Source: Bacteriovoracia bacterium
GTDB taxonomy: Bacteria > Bdellovibrionota > UBA1018 > JBFWNL01
NCBI GenBank assembly: GCA_050251055.1
Contig: JBFWNL010000004.1
Span: 256,001-320,000 of the forward strand
DNA length: 64,000 nt
Direction: 5' to 3'
The notes below the pieces were generated by a model. The model searched no databases and was not told where the DNA came from. It saw only the letters and a list, made by a program, of their open reading frames with translations. Positions 30,585 through 40,400 of this stretch are shown piece by piece. Position 1 is the first letter of the stretch. Each line of letters opens with the position of its first letter. The position numbers and the translations under genes were made by a program.

Positions 30585-32519
30585 TTATGTCCCCAAATAG
30601 AAGTGCCCGAGCAAAGCGACGACAAAAAACAAGACCAGCAACAAATACCATTGCAGATCACCGTTTTGTACCACCTGCACGACTTTGGCTGGCACTATCA
30701 TACTCTGCTTGAGTACCCAATCAATCGATTTTGCCGAGACCCGGTCTATTTTCGCGAATCCGCGCGCGGTATGCTCCAGGCTTTTCCCGGCGAAATCCGC
30801 CATTTTTTTCTGCCACAATCGCCGGGCAAACACGGCATCGAGCGCGATCGAAGCGCGCGCGATCGAGTTCCACGCTTTCCCCACCCCTTCATCGACGAAG
30901 AAGCCTTGCGCCACAAAGCGATAAAAGGGGGGACGCTTCTTCTCCCACTTAGCGAAGACGTTACGCATCCAGTAAGCGATCAACAGGCCCGCGAGAACCG
31001 CGGCGAGCTGCGTGGGAACGATGCGCTGGACCGAATCCAACGTCAGGTGCCGGGCATCGATCAGCTCCTTCGGATACTCCAGCAAGCTAAACTGAAAGAG
31101 ACGGTCACTCCCGTCGCGAAGCAGATCGCCCGTCAGGGTGCCCGACCAAGTCAAAGTCAGCACCGAAACCAACGCCAGCCAAACGAAAACATTCAGACTC
31201 CAATGCATCAGCGGCGTCGAGAGTCGACGCCACGACGCCAGGAGGATGCGAAAGAACGAAAAGCCCAAGGCAAGGTAGAGAATCACGGCCGTCGCGAGCG
31301 CGGGCGGATTCTCCCAAAGCGCGCCCAACAACGGCACGGCGCCCAGGGTACCGACCCAGCCCGGCAGGCCCAAAGCGGCCCCCACGGCAAAAACGGCGGC
31401 GACCTTGTTCATCACCGAACCCGATGCCGCTTTCGTTTCCTTCGGCTTGCCGCGCTCGTCACCAAAAAGCAGGGCAAACAGCACGAGAGCGCCCAATGTC
31501 GCGGAAACGAAAACCATGAAGCCGGCGCCGGCGCCCACGAATGCGAGCGCCGTGAGCGAGCCGCACTGAGCGGCGTTTAACCAGCAAGCCAGGCCACGCT
31601 TGGCGTTCTCTTGAAACCCCGCCACCAAAGCGGAAATCATTCCCGACGCCGCCCCGACGTAACCCAGCACGGGAAGGATACCCACTTCCCGCAGATGCGG
31701 CTCGAGTCGATAAAGCAGGCAAAATGCAGACGAAGCCAAGAACACCTGGCAAACCAGCGTTCGCGGCAGCACCAACGCTTCCGGGGTGGCGGCGATCCAG
31801 TTCAACCAGGGGAAGCCGCGCAACAAAAGATAAGCCCCTAGTACGAGCAGGGTCGCACCGAACTCCACAGAACCCAGCTGCGGCCAAGCCCCGTATACGT
31901 CGTACCGCAAGGAAGCGCCGGCATGCACCAAAACGCCCGCCCCCACCGCTACCACGAAAATACCGAGCACCGGCTCGGAGAGCTGTCGCACGGGGAAGGT
32001 TTCGGACTCTTCGCTGGCGGTGGCCACCAGCGCCAGCCCGGCGGCCAACACGCAGCCCGCGACGCCAATCAAGGTCATCCAAGGAGTAGAGGACTGCCAG
32101 GCGATGCCACTGCCGATCGCGCCGCACAGCAAAGCCGTCGCAAGTTTACGGGTCGGCTTGGCGGACTCGCCGGAAATAACGAACGTCAACACCGTGAGCA
32201 AAATTCCGAGCAGGATCCAGCTTTGCCCCACGACATCGTAGGCGAACCCGACCTGAATACCGACGGGGGAGGACGTAGGGTCGATCCATCCACGCATCCA
32301 ACTTAACGAGCCGCCTTCCCTTAAATTTTCCCAAAGGAGCAAAAAGGCACGGACGTTCAAACCAAAAGTCAACGCCGCGACGATTCCAAAGCCCCATCGG
32401 ACAAATGCCAGACGCCCTCCCGGGGTGAGGCGCCCGGCGAAATAAAATGCCCAAGCCACTGCAACCAAGGAGAGGGTGGGCAAAACGGCGGTGACGAGCG
32501 AGGTGCTTTCGAATCTCAT
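30585..32519 (-). CDS. nuoL: NuoL-like subunit of the divergent paralog (highly diverged)
   Basis: Lies between the K-like and M-like genes; multi-TM; GLPGWVG, FFVDE lateral helix, C-terminal VQNGDLQWY matches VQTGSLQVY of the canonical NuoL. Confidence 0.8.
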   Translation of the reverse strand: MRFESTSLVTAVLPTLSLVAVAWAFYFAGRLTPGGRLAFVRWGFGIVAALTFGLNVRAFLLLWENLREGGSLSWMRGWIDPTSSPVGIQVGFAYDVVGQSWILLGILLTVLTFVISGESAKPTRKLATALLCGAIGSGIAWQSSTPWMTLIGVAGCVLAAGLALVATASEESETFPVRQLSEPVLGIFVVAVGAGVLVHAGASLRYDVYGAWPQLGSVEFGATLLVLGAYLLLRGFPWLNWIAATPEALVLPRTLVCQVFLASSAFCLLYRLEPHLREVGILPVLGYVGAASGMISALVAGFQENAKRGLACWLNAAQCGSLTALAFVGAGAGFMVFVSATLGALVLFALLFGDERGKPKETKAASGSVMNKVAAVFAVGAALGLPGWVGTLGAVPLLGALWENPPALATAVILYLALGFSFFRILLASWRRLSTPLMHWSLNVFVWLALVSVLTLTWSGTLTGDLLRDGSDRLFQFSLLEYPKELIDARHLTLDSVQRIVPTQLAAVLAGLLIAYWMRNVFAKWEKKRPPFYRFVAQGFFVDEGVGKAWNSIARASIALDAVFARRLWQKKMADFAGKSLEHTARGFAKIDRVSAKSIDWVLKQSMIVPAKVVQVVQNGDLQWYLLLVLFFVVALLGHFYLGT

Positions 32520-32523
32520 GGGT

Positions 32524-32811
32524 TCAGTGCCGCAGCTTTCTGAACGTTTCAATATTCACGTTCTTCTTTAGATAAAAAAGCCGGGTCGCGAGCGAAAACA
32601 CCACGAGTAGCTGCCCGCAGCCCGCGACGATCACGAAAAACCCGTACACGTGTCCCTGCGACTGCAGGCCCGCCAACACCCCGCCGACCGAAAAACAAGC
32701 CGCCGCCGCGTAAAATAACAAGACGATCCCAATGGCCATCCCAATCAGGTTACGCTTCAAAAGGAGGCAAAAAAATCCAATGGCCGCCAGCGCGACGGGA
32801 ATGGCGATCAT
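32524..32811 (-). CDS. nuoK: NuoK-like subunit of the divergent paralog
   Basis: IGFFCLLLKRNLI, three TMs, GHVYGFFVI, C-terminal NIETFRKLR. Confidence 0.85.
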   Translation of the reverse strand: MIAIPVALAAIGFFCLLLKRNLIGMAIGIVLLFYAAAACFSVGGVLAGLQSQGHVYGFFVIVAGCGQLLVVFSLATRLFYLKKNVNIETFRKLRH

Positions 32812-33281
32812 TCCGACTTTCCCTCCGATCGCGAAACCACGCCCACCCCCAGCATCACCAGGAACAGCGTGAGCGCGAGTATCTCCAGCGGAAGCAGCTG
32901 GGAGCCGAACAACGTCGCGCCGAACTGAACCACCTCATTCGGAGGAAACGCGACTTCGCCGCCCTCAGGCAGGTAACGTACCGCGAGACCCGTCACCGTC
33001 GCCAGGCAGGCGGCGGCCAGGAGGGCCGTCGCGCGATAAAAGAAATTCGCCGGGCGTTCCCGCGACCCGAAAAGCACCACGTAGAACAAGAACACCACGG
33101 CGCAAACCGACGTAATCACCCACTGCGAGACCGCCAGGAATTCCGATCCTGTCGCGAGGAAGCTCGCGCCCAAGGCCATGCCGCAAACCCAAAGGGAAAA
33201 CAGCGCGAGCCGATAGTTCGCCGCCATCGCCGCCACCAGCGCCGCCGCGACCGCCAAAATCCCAAAGCTCCAAAAGACCAT
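32808..33281 (-). CDS. nuoJ: NuoJ-like subunit of the divergent paralog
   Basis: SEFLAVSQW, FGATLF..LLPLEILALTL; TGATG-coupled to the nuoI-like gene. Confidence 0.82.
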   Translation of the reverse strand: MVFWSFGILAVAAALVAAMAANYRLALFSLWVCGMALGASFLATGSEFLAVSQWVITSVCAVVFLFYVVLFGSRERPANFFYRATALLAAACLATVTGLAVRYLPEGGEVAFPPNEVVQFGATLFGSQLLPLEILALTLFLVMLGVGVVSRSEGKSE

Positions 33282-33817
33282 CAATCCTCCATGTTTTCGC
33301 GTTGGCGCGCCTGGATCCACTTTTCCCTCTGCTCGGGCGAAATTCGCCCCCGGCCGAAGGTGGTCACCAGATTCGATACATCATAGACCGCGCCCTCGAA
33401 TTGCTTGGTGTGCACCAGGGAACCCGGGTGGCAAGCCTCCACGCAAAGGCCGCAAAAAATGCATTGCCCGAAGTCGATGTCGTAGACCGAAACCCACTTT
33501 TTCGACGGATCCGGGCCATGCTCGGTCTCCACGGTAATGCACTTCACCGGGCAGATCCGCTCGCATTCCTGGCAACCCGTGCAGCGGTCGATGTCGTTGA
33601 ACAACAATCCGCGCGTGCGGGGCGGCAGATCGTCCTCGGTGCGCGAAGACACCGGATCGGGGTACTGCTCGGTGATCTCCTTACGAAGCTCGCCCGTGTT
33701 AAAAAGATAGTGAAAACCGCTAACGGCGGAAACGAGCACCGACCGCACGCCGGCGCCCACCTGGACTGCGTAAGACATCAGCGTGGAAATCAATGTGTCT
33801 TTCATAGGTATCGACAT
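33281..33817 (-). CDS. nuoI: NuoI-like 2x[4Fe-4S] subunit of the divergent paralog
   Basis: TEQYPD, RTRG, CTGCQECERICP, CIFCGLCVEACHP. Confidence 0.92.
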   Translation of the reverse strand: MSIPMKDTLISTLMSYAVQVGAGVRSVLVSAVSGFHYLFNTGELRKEITEQYPDPVSSRTEDDLPPRTRGLLFNDIDRCTGCQECERICPVKCITVETEHGPDPSKKWVSVYDIDFGQCIFCGLCVEACHPGSLVHTKQFEGAVYDVSNLVTTFGRGRISPEQREKWIQARQRENMED

Positions 33818-33827
33818 CCGCTCGTGC

Positions 33828-34892
33828 TCAAAACAAACTCCGTCCTCCGAGCCAGAGGCACTCGATCAGTAGCGCTCCCAACGCGCAGGGTCCCAGGATC
33901 CGCCAGCAAAACTCCGTCGTTTGGTCCGAGCGCGGCTTCGGCAAGGACCCCACCACCCAATGCGTCGCAAACATCAACAAAAAGACCTTCATCACAAGAT
34001 TCACGAGCTGCACGACCTGCAGAAGCAAACCCTCTCCCGTCAGGCTCACCGCCCAGCCCGGCAGCTTCCAACCCCCAAGAAAGGTGACCGTGGTGGCAAG
34101 CGCCCAAAAAAAACCGCCGTAGAACCGCAGCAAGCGCGTGATGGAAAGACTGGGCCCGGCCACTCCCTGAAAAAAACCGCCTTGGAGATCCGCCCGGGAA
34201 AATCCCGCGTCGAAAGGCGAAACCGAAAACACAACCAGGCCGCCCAGGTAATACGCCAGGAAAACGATGGTAAAGAGAGGCCACGGCTGTTGAAAAACCA
34301 GCCACGAGCCTGGCCAGAAACCCTGATGTTCGAGGATGGCCTGCCACCGGTAACCGCCCACGGCCAGTCCCACACAGAGGATGGAAACCATCACCACGAA
34401 TCCCCCCGATAGGGCCTGGGCGGTGTTGCGGATCATTCCGACCCAGCCTTGGGCGTCGCGCCGGTAAAACCCGTAGAACAAAAAGAAAAAGCTCAAAATA
34501 ATCCCGAAGATCAGCGGCACGAACGCGCTCATATCGGTGTCGAATAGATTAAAGCGTGAGGAGAGCGGGATCGTGAGCACGGACGCGAGCGCCACGCACA
34601 GCAAGGTTCCCAGCCAGAAAAGCTCAGCACGGCGAGGCTTGTGAGCGGGTGACTTCTGGATCAGCTTGAAAAAATCCGCGAGTGGCTGGAAATAGCCGCG
34701 CGGCCCGGCCTCCGCAGGGCCCACGCGAGCTTGCAGGTCCGCGAAGAATTTCCGACGGACGTAAACATCCAAATAAGCCATGGGAACGAGCAGAAGCGCA
34801 ACCACGGCGAGGAAAAAACAAAACAGGAAAAGAATATCCGGCAAGCCGGCGAACATTCCCAAGGTTTGGCGAAGCTCCGGGAGTGCGTTCAT
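33828..34892 (-). CDS. nuoH: NuoH-like subunit of the divergent paralog
   Basis: QARVGPAEAGPRG..QPLADFFKLIQK, SPFD, FLGGW, LPKPRSDQ. Confidence 0.9.
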   Translation of the reverse strand: MNALPELRQTLGMFAGLPDILFLFCFFLAVVALLLVPMAYLDVYVRRKFFADLQARVGPAEAGPRGYFQPLADFFKLIQKSPAHKPRRAELFWLGTLLCVALASVLTIPLSSRFNLFDTDMSAFVPLIFGIILSFFFLFYGFYRRDAQGWVGMIRNTAQALSGGFVVMVSILCVGLAVGGYRWQAILEHQGFWPGSWLVFQQPWPLFTIVFLAYYLGGLVVFSVSPFDAGFSRADLQGGFFQGVAGPSLSITRLLRFYGGFFWALATTVTFLGGWKLPGWAVSLTGEGLLLQVVQLVNLVMKVFLLMFATHWVVGSLPKPRSDQTTEFCWRILGPCALGALLIECLWLGGRSLF

Positions 34893-36034
34893 CGATCGGC
34901 TTCTCCCACCGAGATATCCAGACTAGCAAGGATCAAAGGGAAATCGCCCACCCACTGTCCGACCAGGATCTCGGGCACCGCCTGTAAGAGCGCCTTGCTC
35001 CCTCCCCGGACCTGCAAGCGATAAGGGGTATTTCCGCCGTCGGAGACCGCATGGACGGCCAGGACTCCGCGTGCCCCTTCGACGCGCGAATACGCCTCGC
35101 CCTCGGGCACCTTGAAATCGAAAAGCTCCTTCACGGCGCGGTATTCGCCCACCGGAATATTCTCGATCGCCTGGCGGATTATGTCGACGCTCTGGACGAT
35201 CTCACGCAGCCGCACGACCACGCGGTCGTGCACGCCGCCCAGCCGATCGCCCTCTCCTGATCCCACCGGCACCTGAAACTCGAACTCTTCGTATCCACTG
35301 TAGGGCGCGGACTTTCGCATGTCCGACACGACCCCGGACGCACGCGCGTCCGGGCCCGTGATGCCGTACCGGCGCACGACCTCCGGGTGCAGGAGCCCCA
35401 CGCCGGCGGACCGGCGCTGAAAAATATGATTCGACGTGAAAAGGTCCTGATACTCGCGTACCCGCGTGCGAATCAGGTCGCACACTTCCGAGACCCGCTC
35501 GATAAATCCGTCGGTGATATCGGTGGCCACCCCGCCGAAGCGGAAATAATTCAGGTTAAAGCGCGAACCGCTGATCAGCTCGAAAAGATCCAGGATTTTT
35601 TCGCGGTCGCGCAGGACGTAATGCATCACCGTCTCGAGCTCCACGGTCTTCGCGATCCGTAGTAGCGCGCCCAAATGGGCGCTGATTCGGTTCAGCTCGC
35701 AGAGCGTGACGCGGATCCGGTTGGCGCGAGGGGAGACCTGCAGGCCGGCGATTTCCTCCACCGCCAGGCACACCGCCAATTCGGTAAATAGCGCGGTCTC
35801 CGAATCGATCCGGTCGGCGTAGGGCATCACGCTGTACCACTGCTGAAGCTCGATGGCCTTTTCCACGCCCCGATGAAAAAAACCTGATTCGCAGTGCACG
35901 CCGGTGATCATCTCGCCGTCGAGCTGCAGCTTCAGCGCCATTGGCCCCGGCAGTCCCGGATGGAATGGCCCCAGCTCCCACGCCGTCTGCACGGTGCTAA
36001 ACAGGTCGGGGCGGTCGTTCTCCATTTCCACCAT
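34889..36034 (-). CDS. nuoD: NuoD-like subunit of the divergent paralog
   Basis: LGPFHPG, GFFHRGVEK, ELNRISAH, GITGPDARASG, VEGARG, DISVGEADR; no NiFe CxxC motifs; ATG at 36034 follows the nuoC-like stop. Confidence 0.92.
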   Translation of the reverse strand: MVEMENDRPDLFSTVQTAWELGPFHPGLPGPMALKLQLDGEMITGVHCESGFFHRGVEKAIELQQWYSVMPYADRIDSETALFTELAVCLAVEEIAGLQVSPRANRIRVTLCELNRISAHLGALLRIAKTVELETVMHYVLRDREKILDLFELISGSRFNLNYFRFGGVATDITDGFIERVSEVCDLIRTRVREYQDLFTSNHIFQRRSAGVGLLHPEVVRRYGITGPDARASGVVSDMRKSAPYSGYEEFEFQVPVGSGEGDRLGGVHDRVVVRLREIVQSVDIIRQAIENIPVGEYRAVKELFDFKVPEGEAYSRVEGARGVLAVHAVSDGGNTPYRLQVRGGSKALLQAVPEILVGQWVGDFPLILASLDISVGEADR

Positions 36035-36036
36035 GG

Positions 36037-36534
36037 CTAGATTTCCTCGCTTCGCCGCGGACGCGGAATTTCCGGCAGACGGAACTCGCGCCGGAGGGGG
36101 TAGCCCGTGATCTGCTCCGGCACCGGCCGGAAGGAGACGTTTTTTTCCGTGGGATGCGTGAAATCGATCCCTAGGAGCGCCTGCAGTTCCGACTCGAACT
36201 GCCACGCGGACGGGAAGATCGGCTGAATCGAAGGGATCGCGTAAAGTCCGCCGGAATCGGCTTCCAAGCGCGTCCGGAAGATCACCCGCTGCTGGGTACG
36301 CTGGGACACCAGGAAGTATGTCAGCACCATCTTCGACTTCTCTTCGTAGCCGGAGATGCACTCAAGGAAATCCGCCTCGGTTTCGGCGTCCTCACGGCAA
36401 GCCCGCACCGCGACTTCCACCGCGTCCGGGCGCAAAGTGAAAAACGGCACCTGGGCCGCCCCGAAGGTCCCCACCGAGACCACGCCTCCCGAACGGCGAT
36501 CGTTAATAGACGTCTTTAAATTTTTTAGATCCAA
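36037..36534 (-). CDS. nuoC: NuoC-like subunit of the divergent paralog
   Basis: IPSIQPIFPSAWQFESE...GIDFTHP, GYPLRREF. Confidence 0.88.
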   Translation of the reverse strand: MDLKNLKTSINDRRSGGVVSVGTFGAAQVPFFTLRPDAVEVAVRACREDAETEADFLECISGYEEKSKMVLTYFLVSQRTQQRVIFRTRLEADSGGLYAIPSIQPIFPSAWQFESELQALLGIDFTHPTEKNVSFRPVPEQITGYPLRREFRLPEIPRPRRSEEI

Positions 36535-36973
36535 TGATCTTCTCCTGGAGGGTCAAAAGCCCGTTCATCACCGCTTCGGGTCGCGGTGGACAGCCGGAAA
36601 CGAAAACATCGACCGGAATCAGTTTCTCCACGCCGGGCACGACGGAATAACTGATGCCCGGGGAAAACGCGCCGCCGGTGCACGCGCATCCACCAACGGC
36701 CAAGACGTACTTGGGCGAAGGCATCCGATCGTAAAGTTCCTTCAAAACCGGCGCCAGTCGGTAAGTGATCGCGCCGCTCACGATCAGGAGGTCCGCCTGC
36801 AGCGGATCGACCTGCGGCAGGCTGCCGAAACGTTCGAGGTCGTAGCGGCAACCGAAGGCGTTCGTCACCTCATCCGAGCAGCAGCCGGTGCCGACGGAAA
36901 AATACCAAAGCGATTTCGCGCGAGACCACTTCAGCAACGAATCCACGGACGTGACCTTGAAGAATGCGCTCAC
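36503..36973 (-). CDS. nuoB: NuoB-like [4Fe-4S] N2 subunit of the divergent paralog
   Basis: GCCSDE, YDLERFG, QADLLIVSG, GGCACTGG, SGCPPRPE; GTG at 36973 overlaps the nuoA-like TGA. Confidence 0.93.
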   Translation of the reverse strand: MSAFFKVTSVDSLLKWSRAKSLWYFSVGTGCCSDEVTNAFGCRYDLERFGSLPQVDPLQADLLIVSGAITYRLAPVLKELYDRMPSPKYVLAVGGCACTGGAFSPGISYSVVPGVEKLIPVDVFVSGCPPRPEAVMNGLLTLQEKIIGSKKFKDVY

Positions 36974-37362
36974 GCCTCGTCTTCCTTTCGGAAGGACTTC
37001 AGCCATTCGAGATCGCCCTTGCGGATCGCGTAGAAGAGCCCCAGGCCCAGAAAAGCTCCGATAGAAACGATCGCGGCCAATCCCCGCAATCCGGTTTCGG
37101 CGGAGGAGGAATTCAACGATTCGCGGAACGCCGCCACGCAGGGAGCGAGCACCAATACCAAGAGCACGAGCAATGTCGCGATGTTACCGAATAAAGAGAT
37201 ACGGGGGTTCAGCTTCGCATCCCAAACGATCGGCTTTAGCGGCGTCGCAGTTCCACCGAGCGGCCCGCCATCCCGACGAAAGAATCGCCCCATCAGCAGC
37301 ACGAGGATCGGCACACAGATGCTAAATAGAGCGCATATAATGATAACTACATACGAGCCCAA
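36970..37362 (-). CDS. nuoA: NuoA-like subunit of the divergent paralog
   Basis: Three TMs, C-terminal YAIRKGDLEW; probable TTG start at 37362 after a GGGGA RBS. Confidence 0.8.
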   Translation of the reverse strand: MGSYVVIIICALFSICVPILVLLMGRFFRRDGGPLGGTATPLKPIVWDAKLNPRISLFGNIATLLVLLVLVLAPCVAAFRESLNSSSAETGLRGLAAIVSIGAFLGLGLFYAIRKGDLEWLKSFRKEDEA

Positions 37363-37411
37363 GCCGTCCCCCGCGAAAGTTACCCCAAAAGTCGAACAAA
37401 ATTCGAACTTT

Positions 37412-37440
37412 AGGCTACTGAAGTTGAAAACCAGTGTCAA
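37412..37440 (-). promoter_or_regulatory. Sigma70-type promoter for the tandem nuo clusters
   Basis: Minus strand TTGACA (37440-37435) - 17 nt - TAGCCT (37417-37412). Confidence 0.7.
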
Positions 37441-37460
37441 GGTTGGGTAAGGTCGATTGA

Positions 37461-40400
37461 ATGAATTCGGGTGAACTGCCCCTCATCTTGAAACAGATGG
37501 GTACCCTACCGGTTTTCCGGCTGGGCGGCGCATTACCTTCGGCCCAAGCCTACCTTTGCCGCCAACTTCCGCATTCGCTTTCCATCGTCGTCTGCCAGGA
37601 CGAGGACGCCGCGACGGTCTTCGCGCAGAACTTACAAGCCCTGAGTTTGGAAGATTCGGACGCCCCGCTTGTTTTGTCACTACCCAGCTGGGAGCAATCC
37701 CCTTACAGCGCGATCTCGCCGTCAATCCAGGTGCGTCAATCCCGCGCCCGCGCGCTCGCGCACGTCCTCGAAAATCAAGACGGCGGAAGCGGGCGTGGCC
37801 TGCTTGACCCGACATCGCGTGGCCTCATCGTCGTCACGACCCTGGTCGCCCTGAGCCAACGTACCTGTCCGCCTTCGCTCTTTCGGGAAGCTCGCATCGT
37901 TTTGGAAAAAAACGGGGTGGTTGGTCAACGCGAGCAGCTCACCTCCCGGCTGCGAGACGCGGGCTACCTGCAGGTGGATCCGGTGGAAGATCCGGGCACG
38001 TTCGCGGTAAGGGGCGACATCGTCGACGTGTACCCTCCCCAAGCCGAGGCGCCTCTCAGAATTGAGCTCTTCGACGACCAGGTGGAACGCATCCGGGAAT
38101 TCGATCCCGCCACCCAACGCACAAGGACCGGTGTCGAACACGCGCGCTTCGTGATTTATCCCGCCCGCGAAGTCCTGATCCACCCCTCCAACCGCGAGGC
38201 CTTCCGTCAGCGCCTCAAACAGCGCGCCGATGACTTGGGCATCCCTCGCCAAACCCGCGATCCCGTCCTGGAAACCCTCGCTAACGGATTCTATCCCGAG
38301 GGCGCGGACTACTGGTCCGCACTGGCGTATGAAGGAAAACACGTTTTTCGTGATTTCCTCGGGAAAAATGCGACTTTTTTCTTCTCCGACGAGTTAGGCT
38401 GCCGGCAAGCGTTTGAGGCTTTCCAAGTCCGCCAGCGTGAACTGTCCGAGGAGGCAAAGGGCTCCGGTCGGGTGGTTCTGGATTTTCCGGACATATTTTC
38501 GAAGGTCGATGCGGAAGCCGCAGCGTTCGATAGTTACCGGCGGGTTTACTTCGATGCCTTGGAGCTCGCCGACCGCGCGCTCGACGTGCGCGTGGAAACT
38601 TCGCCGATCGTGGCGAACTCCCCCGACACCGCCCGTGGCGCCGAACGAATGGCTCAGTTCGCGGCCCGGATTAAATCCCTGGGCGCATCGCCCACGCTGC
38701 TGGGTTTCGCATCCACCCAAAGCCAGATCGATCGCATGCAGTACCTTTTCCAAGAGAACGGGTTGCCTCCGGCGCGTTGGCGGATCGGAGCGTGGGGCGA
38801 GGGCTTCGCCTGGCCAGCGCAAAACCTCGCGGTATTCTCTCAGGCCGATGTCTTGGGCGAGACCAAGAAACCTTCGACGACTGCACCCAAGCAATGGTCG
38901 GGGCTGCAGAACCTCTCGGACCTGAACGTGGACGACACGATCGTTCACGTCGAACACGGGATTGGCGTTTACCGCGGGATATCGCGGCTCCAGATCATGG
39001 GGGGCGCTTCCGACTTCCTGCTGATCGAATACGACGAACAAGCGAAGCTTTACTTGCCCGTCTATCGCATCAATCTCATCCAGAAGTACGTGGGTGGCCG
39101 CGAGGGAATGAAACTCGCCAAGCTCGGCGCCGGCGCATTCGAAAAGACGAAGGCGAAGGTGCGGGATTCGGTGAAGAAACTCGCCATCAACCTTCTCGAG
39201 GTCTATGCGCAGCGAAAAATCCAAAAAGGCCTGCGTTTCCCGGCCCGGGACGCGATTTTTCAAGAATTCGAGGACCGCTTCCCTTTCCAGGAAACCCCGG
39301 ATCAGACGCAGGCGATCGAGGATTCGTTCCGGGACCTCGAATCGGGACGCATCATGGACCGCTTGATCTGCGGTGACGTAGGGTTCGGCAAGACGGAGGT
39401 CGCGATCCGCGCGGCTTTCCAAGCCGTGATCAGCGGCAAACAGGTGGCCGTGCTCGTGCCGACCACCATCCTCTGCATCCAGCACGAACAGACGTTCAAG
39501 AACCGCATCCAAAAGTTCCCGATTCGCGTGGAGTCTATCTCGCGCTTCAAAACCCGTCCCGAGCAGCAGAAATTACTGCAGGAGCTCGCGGAGGGAAAAA
39601 TCGACGTTCTCATCGGAACGCACCGCCTATTATCAAAGGACGTGAACTTCAAAAAGCTCGGGCTCATCATCGTCGACGAAGAGCACCGCTTTGGTGTCGA
39701 GCACAAAGAGAAGCTGCGCGCCATGAAGGCCAACACCCACGTAATGACGTTGACGGCGACCCCCATCCCGCGAACCTTACATATGGCGCTCGCAGGGATC
39801 CGCGACATCAGCCTCATGACCACGCCGCCCGTGCATCGGTTGCCGATCAAGACTTTCGTCGCGAAGTACGACGAAACCCTCATCAAGCAGGCGATCGAAA
39901 CCGAGCTGGCGCGCGACGGCCAGGTCTTTTTCCTCCATAACCGGGTGCAGACCATCTTCCGCCAGGCCGAAAAGATCCAAGCTTTGGTGCCCGCGGCGAA
40001 GGTGCGGGTCGGCCACGCCCAGATGACGGAAAAAGAACTCGAAGACACAATGCTGGCGTTCTATCGCAAGGAATTCAACGTTTTGGTCTGCACGACCATC
40101 ATCGAATCGGGGTTGGATATCCCGTCCGCGAACACGATCCTCATCAATCACGCCGATCGCTTCGGGCTCGCCCAGCTCTACCAACTGCGCGGGCGCGTCG
40201 GCCGCAGCAACCAACGCGGGTACGCTTACCTACTGCTGTCGAATGACCTCGCCCTTACCGAGGATGCCAAACGAAGGCTGGAGGTCATCCAGCGTTTCGT
40301 GGAACTCGGCAGCGGCTTCCAAATCGCCTCGCATGATCTCGAAATCCGTGGTGGAGGGAACGTGCTAGGCCCCGAGCAGTCGGGCAACATCGCCTCCGTG

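Noticed and set aside
36035-36361. N-terminal 109 aa of the 490-aa NuoD2 ORF (possible NuoCD fusion)
   Set aside because: Overlaps nuoC2 in a different frame; the real start is most likely 36034
27547-37362. Second cluster as a group 4 NiFe hydrogenase, Mrp antiporter or pseudogene array
   Set aside because: NuoD2 lacks NiFe CxxC motifs; the order is strictly nuoA-N; antiporter charges are missing; no stops or frameshifts seen
37363-37440. ORF-track start of nuoA2 at 37440
   Set aside because: That TTG is the -35 hexamer TTGACA; a better RBS-linked start lies at 37362
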